Shown piece by piece: positions 11,532-19,710 of a stretch of DNA of 64,000 nt (its first letter is position 1; every line of letters begins with the position of its first letter). The stretch is from an uncultured Acidobacteriota bacterium (GTDB lineage: Bacteria; Acidobacteriota; Thermoanaerobaculia; UBA5066; DATFVB01): contig CAWEYG010000002.1 in the NCBI GenBank assembly GCA_963813155.1, positions 512,001-576,000 of the forward strand, in the 5' to 3' direction. A program made the translations under genes and the position numbers. Under the pieces are notes generated by a model that worked only from the letters and a program-made list of their open reading frames with translations, searched no databases and was not told where the DNA came from.

Positions 11532-12844
11532 GGGCGCGCGACCCCCGCGGGCCGCTCCGCCCGCCAGACCTCGCGAAGCAGGAGGGCCGAGAAGGGAACG
11601 TACTCCAGCAGCAGGATGACGGGAGAAGAGAGAAACGCCGTCCGGTACAGAAGCCCGTACGCGAGCGGCACGGCGGCCGAGAGATAGAGGAAGGGCGCCG
11701 AGCGCGAGAGGGCCGCGAAAGGCAGCGCCCAGAGCAAATACCAGGGATGGAGAACGGGGGAAACGAGGAGGAGCAGGCCGATGCTCGCGCCCGTCGCGCG
11801 GACGGGGTCCGGGATCCGGATCGCGATCGTCACGAGGCCGGCCGCGAGAACCAGCGCGAGCGCCGAGCGCGCGAAGAACTCGGCATAAAAGTAAGGCCAC
11901 ACGCGCTCCATCCACGGCCGCTGCGGCCGCCGGGACTTCCACTCCGCGTAGCGCGCTTTCGCTCTCTCCGGGAGGCGAAGCTCGGAAACGACCCGGCGCA
12001 CCGCGGGATAGAGCACGGAATTGCCTTCCCACCGCGTCGCGAAGTTCGCCAGCCCGGTTGCGGGCGAGGGCCCGGAGCCCTTCCCCGCGCGCCAGAGCAG
12101 TCCCCCGGCCAGAAGAAACCCGGCGAAAAATGCGAGCTTCCCCCGGCGGAGCCACGGCAGGAGCGCCGCCCCCGAAACGTATTTGACGAGCACCGACAGC
12201 GCCGCCGCGAGCCCGGAGAGCGCCCGCGAGCCCCGCCTCAGAAGGAGCAGCGAGGCGAGAAGAAGGGCGATCCCGACGGAATCCACGTGTCCCATTCCGG
12301 CGCTCTCGATGACCGGGAGCGGGAACGCGGCATACAGGGCGGAAGCGAATTCTCCGCCGGGAAAGCCGCCCAGGAGCCAGACCACGGAAAGGTCGGCGGC
12401 GGCAAAGACCGTCTTCAAGAAAAGCTCCGGCGACCCGGAGACGGCACCCACCTTGAACAAGAATTCGGCGGCTGGCGGATAGATCGTGAGAGCGTCGGGA
12501 TAAGACATTGCCCGCCACCGGGAATCCCGGAGAGACGAAAGCCCCGGGTCCGCCGGCGGGAGCTCGTAGGGAGAACGGCCCGCGGCCGCCACTCGTCCGT
12601 CCCAGACGTACCGAAGGAGGTCGTCCGAGAGGTCGGGAGAGCGAACGAGGAGAGTCGCGCGGAAGACGAGCCCGCACACGAGCGCGGCTTTCTTCGGCGC
12701 GCGGGAAGCGAAGAGAAGAGCCGCGGGAGCGGCGGTCAGAACGAGCGGAAGGTAGACGAGAAGGCGGGTGCGAAAATCGGGGGCGCCCGCGACGAAAGCG
12801 AAAATCGCCTCCAGTAGAATGGCCGGGAGAAGAAAATGCTTCAT
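11528..12844 (-). CDS. GT87/DUF2029-like membrane glycosyltransferase
   Basis: LSDDLLRYVWDGRV...SPY, TIYPP, GHVDS, SPVLHPWY; multiple TM helices. Confidence 0.75.
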   Translation of the reverse strand: MKHFLLPAILLEAIFAFVAGAPDFRTRLLVYLPLVLTAAPAALLFASRAPKKAALVCGLVFRATLLVRSPDLSDDLLRYVWDGRVAAAGRSPYELPPADPGLSSLRDSRWRAMSYPDALTIYPPAAEFLFKVGAVSGSPELFLKTVFAAADLSVVWLLGGFPGGEFASALYAAFPLPVIESAGMGHVDSVGIALLLASLLLLRRGSRALSGLAAALSVLVKYVSGAALLPWLRRGKLAFFAGFLLAGGLLWRAGKGSGPSPATGLANFATRWEGNSVLYPAVRRVVSELRLPERAKARYAEWKSRRPQRPWMERVWPYFYAEFFARSALALVLAAGLVTIAIRIPDPVRATGASIGLLLLVSPVLHPWYLLWALPFAALSRSAPFLYLSAAVPLAYGLLYRTAFLSSPVILLLEYVPFSALLLREVWRAERPAGVARP

Positions 12845-14332
12845 GTTTCCGACATCGCGATCTTAATCTGTTACTACAGCGTCCTCCTCGGCCTCGCGGT
12901 TTACGGATCGCACCGGATGTTGCTCGTTTTCCTTTACTACCGGACGCGTCACCGCATTCCGACGCCGGCCGGCAGGCTCTCGCCGCTGCCGAGAGTCACC
13001 GTTCAGCTTCCGATGTACAACGAACGGTACGTCGCCGAGCGTTTGATCGACGCGGCCGCGCGCATCGACTACCCGCGAGAGCTCCTGGAGATCCAGGTGC
13101 TCGATGACTCGACCGACGACACGAGGGAGCTCGCGCGGGCGGCCGTCGAGCGACACCGGCGGCTCGGGGTCGACATTCGCTATCTTCCCCGCGACGATCG
13201 AGCCGGGTTCAAGGCCGGAGCCCTCCAGGAGGGGCTGCGGACCGCGACGGGCGAGTTTCTCCTCGTGCTGGACGCCGATTTCGTTCCCGACGCGGGCATC
13301 GTCCGCGATTCGATCGACTACTTCTCCGATCCGCGCGTCGGCATGGTCCAGTCGAGGTGGGACCACCTGAACCGCGATTTCTCGCTCCTGACGAAGATCC
13401 AGTCGATCTACCTCGACGGCCACTTCATCCTCGAACACACCGCGCGCCACCGAAGCGGCCGATTTTTCAATTTCAACGGAACGGCGGGAATCTGGCGCCG
13501 GCGGACGATCGAAGAATCGGGAGGCTGGAACGCCGACACGCTCACCGAAGACCTCGATCTCTCGTACCGCGCGCAGCTTTCGGACTGGAAATTCGTCTAT
13601 CTGAAAGACCTCGTCTCGCCCGCCGAAGTCCCGGTCGACATCAACGGCTTCAAGGCGCAGCAGCACCGCTGGGCGAAGGGCTCGATTCAGACGGGCCGGA
13701 AGCTCCTTCGGACGATCTTCCAGAGTCGGTTTCCCGTGAAGGTCAAGATCGAATCGTTTTTCCACCTGACGAACAACGTCTCCTACCCGCTCGTCGTCGC
13801 GCTCTCGCTGCTCGTTTTTCCCGCGATGGTGATCCGCCACCGCCTGGGATGGACGCGGCTCATCCTGTTCGACGCGCCCCTCTTCCTGATCTCGACGGTC
13901 TCGGTGATCGCCTTCTACGCCGTCTCCCAGAAAGAGATCGGCCCCCGCTGGCGGCGGCAACTGCGCTACATGCCGATGGTCATGGGGCTGGGAATCGGCC
14001 TCGCCGTCAACAACGCCCACGCGGTGCTGGAAGCGTTGATCGGAGCGAAGAGCGAATTCCGCCGGACGCCGAAATATTCGGTCGTCGAAGCCTCGGAGAA
14101 GTGGAAAGACAAGTCGTACCGGCCGGCCGGCGACATCTTCTTTCCGATCGAGGTCGCGTTCGCCGTCTACTTCGCGCTCGCGATCGGTCTCGCCGTTCAG
14201 CAGCGGATCTATCTCGCGCTGCCCTTTCTGACGATGTTTTTCTCGGGTTACTTCTACATCGTCCTGCTGTCGCTGATTCAACGCTTCGACGGGCTCGGAG
14301 CCGTGAAGGACCCCGCCGTCACAACAGGTTGA
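12836..14332 (+). CDS. GT2 cellulose-synthase-like glycosyltransferase
   Basis: VQLPMYNE, LDDSTD, KAGAL, DADF, TEDLD, QQHRW motifs; C-terminal TM helices. Confidence 0.9.
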   Translation: MLHVSDIAILICYYSVLLGLAVYGSHRMLLVFLYYRTRHRIPTPAGRLSPLPRVTVQLPMYNERYVAERLIDAAARIDYPRELLEIQVLDDSTDDTRELARAAVERHRRLGVDIRYLPRDDRAGFKAGALQEGLRTATGEFLLVLDADFVPDAGIVRDSIDYFSDPRVGMVQSRWDHLNRDFSLLTKIQSIYLDGHFILEHTARHRSGRFFNFNGTAGIWRRRTIEESGGWNADTLTEDLDLSYRAQLSDWKFVYLKDLVSPAEVPVDINGFKAQQHRWAKGSIQTGRKLLRTIFQSRFPVKVKIESFFHLTNNVSYPLVVALSLLVFPAMVIRHRLGWTRLILFDAPLFLISTVSVIAFYAVSQKEIGPRWRRQLRYMPMVMGLGIGLAVNNAHAVLEALIGAKSEFRRTPKYSVVEASEKWKDKSYRPAGDIFFPIEVAFAVYFALAIGLAVQQRIYLALPFLTMFFSGYFYIVLLSLIQRFDGLGAVKDPAVTTG

Positions 14333-15353
14333 ACAGCAGCCGCAGAAAAAAGCCGACAAGCGCGGCCATCGGGATCGTGAGAACCCACGCCCAGACGATC
14401 CGCCCCGCCACTCCCCATTTGACTGCCGAGAGTCTTCGGGAGGATCCGACGCCGATGAGAGCGCCCGTGATCGTGTGCGTCGTCGAAACGGGAATTCCGA
14501 GCGCGGAAGCTCCGAAGAGCGTGATCGCACCGGCCGTCTCCGCGCAGAAGCCGCCGACCGGATGGAGCTTCGTGATGCGCTGCCCCATCGTCCTCACGAT
14601 CCGCCATCCGCCCGACAACGTCCCGAGCGCGATCGCCGCATGAGCCGTGAGGATGACCCACACCGGGATTTCCTGCGTCGAGCTCAGGTACATGAAGTGA
14701 AAACGAGAGGTCGTGGAGGCGAAGAGAACTCGACTCGAGACGAGCAGGCCGACGATGATTCCCATCGTCTTCTGCGCGTCGTTGGTCCCGTGCGCGAGGG
14801 AGTAGGCGCCGGCGGAAACGAGCTGGAGCCTCCGGGCCCAGGTCGTCACGGGGCCGGGCGGCGAATAGCGAAGCAGGCTCGTCGCAAACTTCATGAAGAG
14901 CCATCCGAGCGCGAAGCCGAGCAGGGGCGAGATGAAAATGAAGGCGACGACCTTGATCCAGCCGGACCACAGGATCGCGCCGAGGCCGGCCCTCGCGACG
15001 GCCGCGCCCGCGTACCCGCCGACGATGGCGTGGGAAGAGGACGACGGCAGGCCGAAACGCCACGTCACGACGTTCCACGCGATCGCTCCGAGGAGACCCG
15101 CGAGGATCACGAACGGGTCAACCACGCGGATGTCGATCAGGCCGCCGCCGACGGTCTTCGCGACGGCCGTTCCGAAAGTGAACGCGGCGACGAAATTGAA
15201 GAACGCCGCCCACGCGACCGCCTGCATCGGCGAGAGGACTCTCGTCGACACGACGGTCGCGATCGAGTTCGCGGCGTCGTGCCAGCCGTTGGAGAAATCG
15301 AACGCGAAGGCCGCCGCGATGATGAAGAAGATGAAGAGAACGCCGCCGGTCAT
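14319..15353 (-). CDS. pit: Inorganic phosphate transporter, PiT family
   Basis: NGWHDAANSIAT, GLPSSSSH, HGTNDAQKTMG, PVSTTH. Confidence 0.93.
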   Translation of the reverse strand: MTGGVLFIFFIIAAAFAFDFSNGWHDAANSIATVVSTRVLSPMQAVAWAAFFNFVAAFTFGTAVAKTVGGGLIDIRVVDPFVILAGLLGAIAWNVVTWRFGLPSSSSHAIVGGYAGAAVARAGLGAILWSGWIKVVAFIFISPLLGFALGWLFMKFATSLLRYSPPGPVTTWARRLQLVSAGAYSLAHGTNDAQKTMGIIVGLLVSSRVLFASTTSRFHFMYLSSTQEIPVWVILTAHAAIALGTLSGGWRIVRTMGQRITKLHPVGGFCAETAGAITLFGASALGIPVSTTHTITGALIGVGSSRRLSAVKWGVAGRIVWAWVLTIPMAALVGFFLRLLFNLL

Positions 15354-15374
15354 CGCGAACGTCCCGCGGGTCCG

Positions 15375-15989
15375 TCAGGCATTCTTGATGACGATCGTCT
15401 CGAGCACATTCGCGACGTCCTCGCACCGGTCGGTCGCCGCTTCGAGCGTTTCCACGAGCTCCTTCTGCTTGATCAGGAGAATCGGGTCCCGGACCTCGTC
15501 GAAGATCTTCTCGAGCGAGTCGTGGAGAGCCTTGTCCCCCTCGTTTTCGAGCGCGTGGATGCGGATGCACGACTCGAGGATGTGGTCCTTCTCCAAAACG
15601 TGGGGCACGGTGGTCTCGAGGATCTCCGTCTGGCTGATCAGGATCCGGGAGAGCTCCGCGGCCCCCGGGACGGGGGAGTTGATCTTGTAGAGCGTGAGCC
15701 TCGCGGCGGCCGCGTCGATGTTGTCCAGAATGTCGTCGAGCGAGGACGCGAGCGCGTGGATGTCCTCGCGGTCGAGCGGAGTCACGAAGATCCTCGACGA
15801 TTCGGAGAAAATCACATGGGCGAGCTCGTCGCCCTGATGTTCGAGAGACTTGATCTTCTGGACCCGGGCCGGAAGGTCTTCGAGCGTCGAAAACGCCTCG
15901 TACAGCAGCTTTGCGGCCTCCCGGCAGACGCGAGCCTGCGAGCCGAAGAGATCGAAGAAGAGGCGATCGCGGCGCCGGAGGCCGATCAT
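15375..15989 (-). CDS. DUF47 phosphate transport regulator (PhoU-like)
   Basis: LEHQGD, FVTPLDREDI, LENEGD, ATDRCEDVA; directly upstream of pit. Confidence 0.9.
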   Translation of the reverse strand: MIGLRRRDRLFFDLFGSQARVCREAAKLLYEAFSTLEDLPARVQKIKSLEHQGDELAHVIFSESSRIFVTPLDREDIHALASSLDDILDNIDAAAARLTLYKINSPVPGAAELSRILISQTEILETTVPHVLEKDHILESCIRIHALENEGDKALHDSLEKIFDEVRDPILLIKQKELVETLEAATDRCEDVANVLETIVIKNA

Positions 15990-16086
15990 GCGGGCGGAGC
16001 GTACGCGAAAGCGCGCCGAACTTCAAACCGATTTTCCGGGATGCTTCACAGGTTTTCCGGCCGTTTCTTCGGTACGATGCCGCGGA

Positions 16087-17373
16087 ATGGCCGCCCCTCC
16101 TTCGCACGCCGATCCCCGAAAGCGCAGGTCATTCACAAGGCGATTCCTGGCGGCCCTGGGACCCGGCCTCGTCACCGGCGCGGCGGACGACGATCCTTCC
16201 GGAGTCGCGACCTATTCGGTCGCCGGCGCGCAGCTCGGAACGAGTCTTCTCTGGACCGCCGTCCTGACCTGGCCGCTCATGGCCGCGGTTCAAATGATGT
16301 GCGCGCGAATCGGAATGGTCACCGGCGAGGGCCTCGCCAGCGCGCTGCGGCGGAAGTTCCCGAAGTCCCTGCTCGTCTTCGCCGCCTTCGCCCTTCTTCT
16401 CGCGAACACGATCAACATCGGAGCGGACCTCTCCGGGATGGCCGACGCGGCGCAGATGCTGAGCGGAATCAATTCCCACTTCGCGGTCATCCTGTTCGGC
16501 GTGGCCATCGCGATCGCGACGATTCGACTTCGGTACCATCAGATCGCCTCGACCCTCAAATGGCTGGCCCTCGTGCTGCTGGCCTACGTGGTCACGGCGT
16601 TTCTCGTTCACCCGAACTGGCTCGCGGTGCTCCACGACGCGCTCGTTCCATCGCTTCCCCGTGGCAAGAACGCCTGGGCGACGCTCGTCGCGATCCTGGG
16701 CACGACGATCAGCCCTTACCTGTTCTTCTGGCAGGCCTCTCAGGAAGTCGAGGAGGAAAAAGCGATGGGCCGCCGGATGCTCGTGAGCCGGATCGGCGCC
16801 TCTTCGCGGGAGATCGGCGACCGAAAGATGGACGTCGGCTTCGGGACGTTCGCCTCGAACACCGTCATGTTCTTCATCATCCTGACGACGGCGCTGACGC
16901 TCCATGCTCACGGCGTCACGAAAATCGAAACCTCCCGCCAGGCAGCCGATGCCCTTCGCCCCCTCGCCGGCAAGCTCGCCTCGACGATCTTCACGGTGGG
17001 AATCCTCGGCGTCGGAGCGCTCGCGATCCCGACGCTCGCCGGGTCCGCGGCCTACGCGTTCGCCGAGACGTTCCACTTTCGGCAGGGCCTGGATCAGAAG
17101 CTCAAGAGGGCACGGGCGTTCTACGGCGTGGTCCTGCTCTCCACGGCGGCCGGAATCGCGATGGACTTCGCCGACGTGAATCCCGTCAAGGCCCTTTTCT
17201 GGTCGGCGGTCGCCAACGGCCTGCTGGCCCCCTTTCTCCTGGTGGGCATTCTGATCGTCGCTTCGGACCGCAAGCTCATGCACGGGCAGCCGAGCTCGGT
17301 TCTCGGAAGGATCGCCGTCGGAGTCACGACGCTCCTCATGTTCGGCGCGGCGATCGGGATGTTCGTTTTCTAG
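16087..17373 (+). CDS. Nramp-family divalent metal transporter
   Basis: GPGLVTGAADDDPSG, GTTISPYLFFWQ; about 11 TM helices. Confidence 0.88.
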   Translation: MAAPPSHADPRKRRSFTRRFLAALGPGLVTGAADDDPSGVATYSVAGAQLGTSLLWTAVLTWPLMAAVQMMCARIGMVTGEGLASALRRKFPKSLLVFAAFALLLANTINIGADLSGMADAAQMLSGINSHFAVILFGVAIAIATIRLRYHQIASTLKWLALVLLAYVVTAFLVHPNWLAVLHDALVPSLPRGKNAWATLVAILGTTISPYLFFWQASQEVEEEKAMGRRMLVSRIGASSREIGDRKMDVGFGTFASNTVMFFIILTTALTLHAHGVTKIETSRQAADALRPLAGKLASTIFTVGILGVGALAIPTLAGSAAYAFAETFHFRQGLDQKLKRARAFYGVVLLSTAAGIAMDFADVNPVKALFWSAVANGLLAPFLLVGILIVASDRKLMHGQPSSVLGRIAVGVTTLLMFGAAIGMFVF

Positions 17374-17384
17374 CGTTGGACGCG

Positions 17385-18218
17385 TCAGGGCGTCCGGAAG
17401 TTTCCGTGCAGTCTTTCGAGCTCGAGCCGGAACTCGCCTTCGATCCGGTCGAGCTTCTCGTGCAGCTCCGCGATCTCCACCTCAGCCTTCACGTTGACCT
17501 GGTAGTCCGCCTCGCTGCGGATCCGGTCCCTTGCGTCCTGCCGGTTCTGGCTCATCATGATGACCGGGGCCTGGAGCGCCGCGAGCATCGAGAGCAGAAG
17601 ATTCAGCAGAATGAACGGAAACGGATCGAACGTGCGCCGCGTGGCCACGTTGAAGATGATCCAGACCGACATGAAGGACAGGAAAAGAAGGATGAACCGC
17701 CAGCTCCCGCCGAACGAAGCGACCCGGTCCGCGATGCGCTCGCCGAGCGTGAGCTGGATCGCGATCAACTCGTTCGGATTTTGAACCCGATTTTTCAGGA
17801 GCGCGTCGGCCCGGCGGATTCGCTTCGCGAGCGCGGAGAGCACGTCGAGAGCCGCGTCGGGCTGGTGCCGGAGGAATTCGAGAAACTCGTCCCGCTCCAG
17901 AACGAGCACCTCGACATCGGTCAGAGCGTCCGCCGTCGCCGACCGGTTTCCTCCGTCGAAGAGCCCGAGCTCGCCGAACAACTCTCCCGGCTCCAGGACG
18001 TCGACGACGAGCTTTTCTCCCATCTCGTCGACGACGGAAAGCTCGACGCGGCCGCTGCGCAGCACGTAGCACATCCCGCCATGATCCCGTTCGTGAAAGA
18101 TCCGGCCTCCGGCGTCGAAATGCACTTCGTCGGTGAGAGCGGCGACGGCCGAGCGCTCCTCGTCGTCCATCGTCTGGAACAGGGGGATGTCGCGGAGCAT
18201 CTCCGAACTGGTCGGCAT
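17385..18218 (-). CDS. cNMP-binding domain plus DUF1003 membrane protein
   Basis: GELFGELGL...RSATA (cNMP); FGGSW, FDPFPFILLNL, QAPVIMMSQNRQ (DUF1003). Confidence 0.88.
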   Translation of the reverse strand: MPTSSEMLRDIPLFQTMDDEERSAVAALTDEVHFDAGGRIFHERDHGGMCYVLRSGRVELSVVDEMGEKLVVDVLEPGELFGELGLFDGGNRSATADALTDVEVLVLERDEFLEFLRHQPDAALDVLSALAKRIRRADALLKNRVQNPNELIAIQLTLGERIADRVASFGGSWRFILLFLSFMSVWIIFNVATRRTFDPFPFILLNLLLSMLAALQAPVIMMSQNRQDARDRIRSEADYQVNVKAEVEIAELHEKLDRIEGEFRLELERLHGNFRTP

Positions 18219-18294
18219 GTCAGCCGATTCTAGCCGAGTCGACCCCGGCGGGAGGGTGGAATCGTTCAGCCTCCGCCGCAATAGAATCGCAGAA

Positions 18295-18936
18295 GTGGGC
18301 GCTCTGCAGGTCACCGAGATCTTCAAGTCCCTCCAGGGAGAATCGACCCGGGCCGGGTTTCCGTGCTCGTTCGTCCGGCTGACCGGGTGCTCACTCCGGT
18401 GCGTCTGGTGCGACACCGCCTACGCGTTCCACGGCGGCGCGCCCATGCAGGAAGACGACATCGTGCGGGAAGTCGAATCGCACGGCACCCGCCTCGTCGA
18501 ACTGACGGGAGGCGAGCCGCTCGAACAGGAGGGCGTCTACTCCCTCGCGGCCCGGTTCCTGGACGCGGGAAAAGAAGTGCTCGTCGAAACGGGGGGCCAC
18601 GTGCCGCTCGACCGCCTCGACCCCCGCACGATCGCGATCGTGGACGTCAAGGCGCCGGGGAGCGGTATGGCGTCGTTCAACCGCGAGGAGACGTTCGCCG
18701 GCCTCCGGCCGCACGACGAGCTCAAGTTCGTTCTCGCGGACCGGCTCGACTTCGACTGGGCGATCGCCTTTGTGTGCGAGAGAGACCTCGACGCCGAAAG
18801 GACCGTCACGTTCTCGCCGGTCTGGGATTCCCTCTCCCCGGCGGAACTCGCGGCCTGGATTCTCGAGAGCGGCCGGCGCGTGCGGCTCGGCCTTCAGCTC
18901 CACAAGCTCCTGTGGGGAGACGCTCCGGGAAGATGA
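18295..18936 (+). CDS. queE: 7-carboxy-7-deazaguanine synthase (radical SAM)
   Basis: EIFKSLQGE, CSLRCVWCDT, TGGEP, QLHK. Confidence 0.93.
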   Translation: MGALQVTEIFKSLQGESTRAGFPCSFVRLTGCSLRCVWCDTAYAFHGGAPMQEDDIVREVESHGTRLVELTGGEPLEQEGVYSLAARFLDAGKEVLVETGGHVPLDRLDPRTIAIVDVKAPGSGMASFNREETFAGLRPHDELKFVLADRLDFDWAIAFVCERDLDAERTVTFSPVWDSLSPAELAAWILESGRRVRLGLQLHKLLWGDAPGR

Positions 18937-19595
18937 AAGCCGTCGTTCTTCTTTCCGGGGGCGCCGATTCGGCGACGTGCCTCGCGCTCGCGCGGGCGAA
19001 GGGGCGCGAGGTGTTCGCGCTCTCGTTTCGGTACGGCCAGAGGCACCGCGTGGAGCTGCGCTTCGCGCGCCGTCTCGCGCGCCGCTACGAATGCGCGGCT
19101 CACCGCATCGTGAACGTGGACCTGCCGGCGGCCGGAACCTCCGCGCTCACGTCGCGGAAAATTCCGGTCCCGCGGCGCGCCGGGGCGCGCGGAACGATTC
19201 CCGTCACGTACGTCCCGGGACGCAACACGATTTTTCTCGCGCACGCGCTTTCCTGGGCCGAGGCGGTCGGCGCCTTCGAAATCTGGATCGGCGCGAACGT
19301 CCTCGACTACTCCGGCTATCCGGACTGTCGCCCCGAATTTCTCCGAGCATTCGAAAGGACGGCCAACCTCGCGACGAAGGCCGGCGCGGAAAAGAGCGGA
19401 CGATTCAAGGTCGTCGCGCCCCTCTTGAAGTTGACGAAGGTGGAGATCCTGCGACTGGGCACCTCCCTCGGCCTGGATTACGCCTGGACTTTTTCCTGCT
19501 ACGACCCTTCAGCCGAGGGATCACCGTGCGGGAATTGCGACTCTTGCCGGATTCGAAATCGCGCGCTTCGGCGCCTCCAAAAGCACTCAAGATAA
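18933..19595 (+). CDS. queC: 7-cyano-7-deazaguanine synthase
   Basis: SGGADS, YGQRH, TYVPGRN, DYSGYPDCR, SCY...CGNCDSC. Confidence 0.95.
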   Translation: MKAVVLLSGGADSATCLALARAKGREVFALSFRYGQRHRVELRFARRLARRYECAAHRIVNVDLPAAGTSALTSRKIPVPRRAGARGTIPVTYVPGRNTIFLAHALSWAEAVGAFEIWIGANVLDYSGYPDCRPEFLRAFERTANLATKAGAEKSGRFKVVAPLLKLTKVEILRLGTSLGLDYAWTFSCYDPSAEGSPCGNCDSCRIRNRALRRLQKHSR

Positions 19596-19672
19596 AAGCT
19601 GCTGGAGCTAAGTGTTTCGGATGAAGTATATTACAATCTTAGCAGTTGCCAGAAGATTTACCATCAAATGAT

Positions 19673-19701
19673 TTGACATTAAACCACTAAGATTATATCG
19701 T
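19673..19701 (+). promoter_or_regulatory. sigma70-type promoter of clpB
   Basis: TTGACA-N17-TATCGT inside an AT-rich island, 9 nt before the ATG. Confidence 0.75.
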
Positions 19702-19710
19702 TGCAGTGTT

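Noticed and set aside
18219-18294. preQ1 riboswitch upstream of queEC
   Set aside because: The spacer is 76 nt shared by two divergent genes, each with a -10 box adjacent to its start; there is no room and no matching motif.
19635-19694. Canonical CIRCE element
   Set aside because: Only the left arm resembles TTAGCACTC, and there is no matching arm at N9 spacing. Kept only as an atypical inverted repeat.
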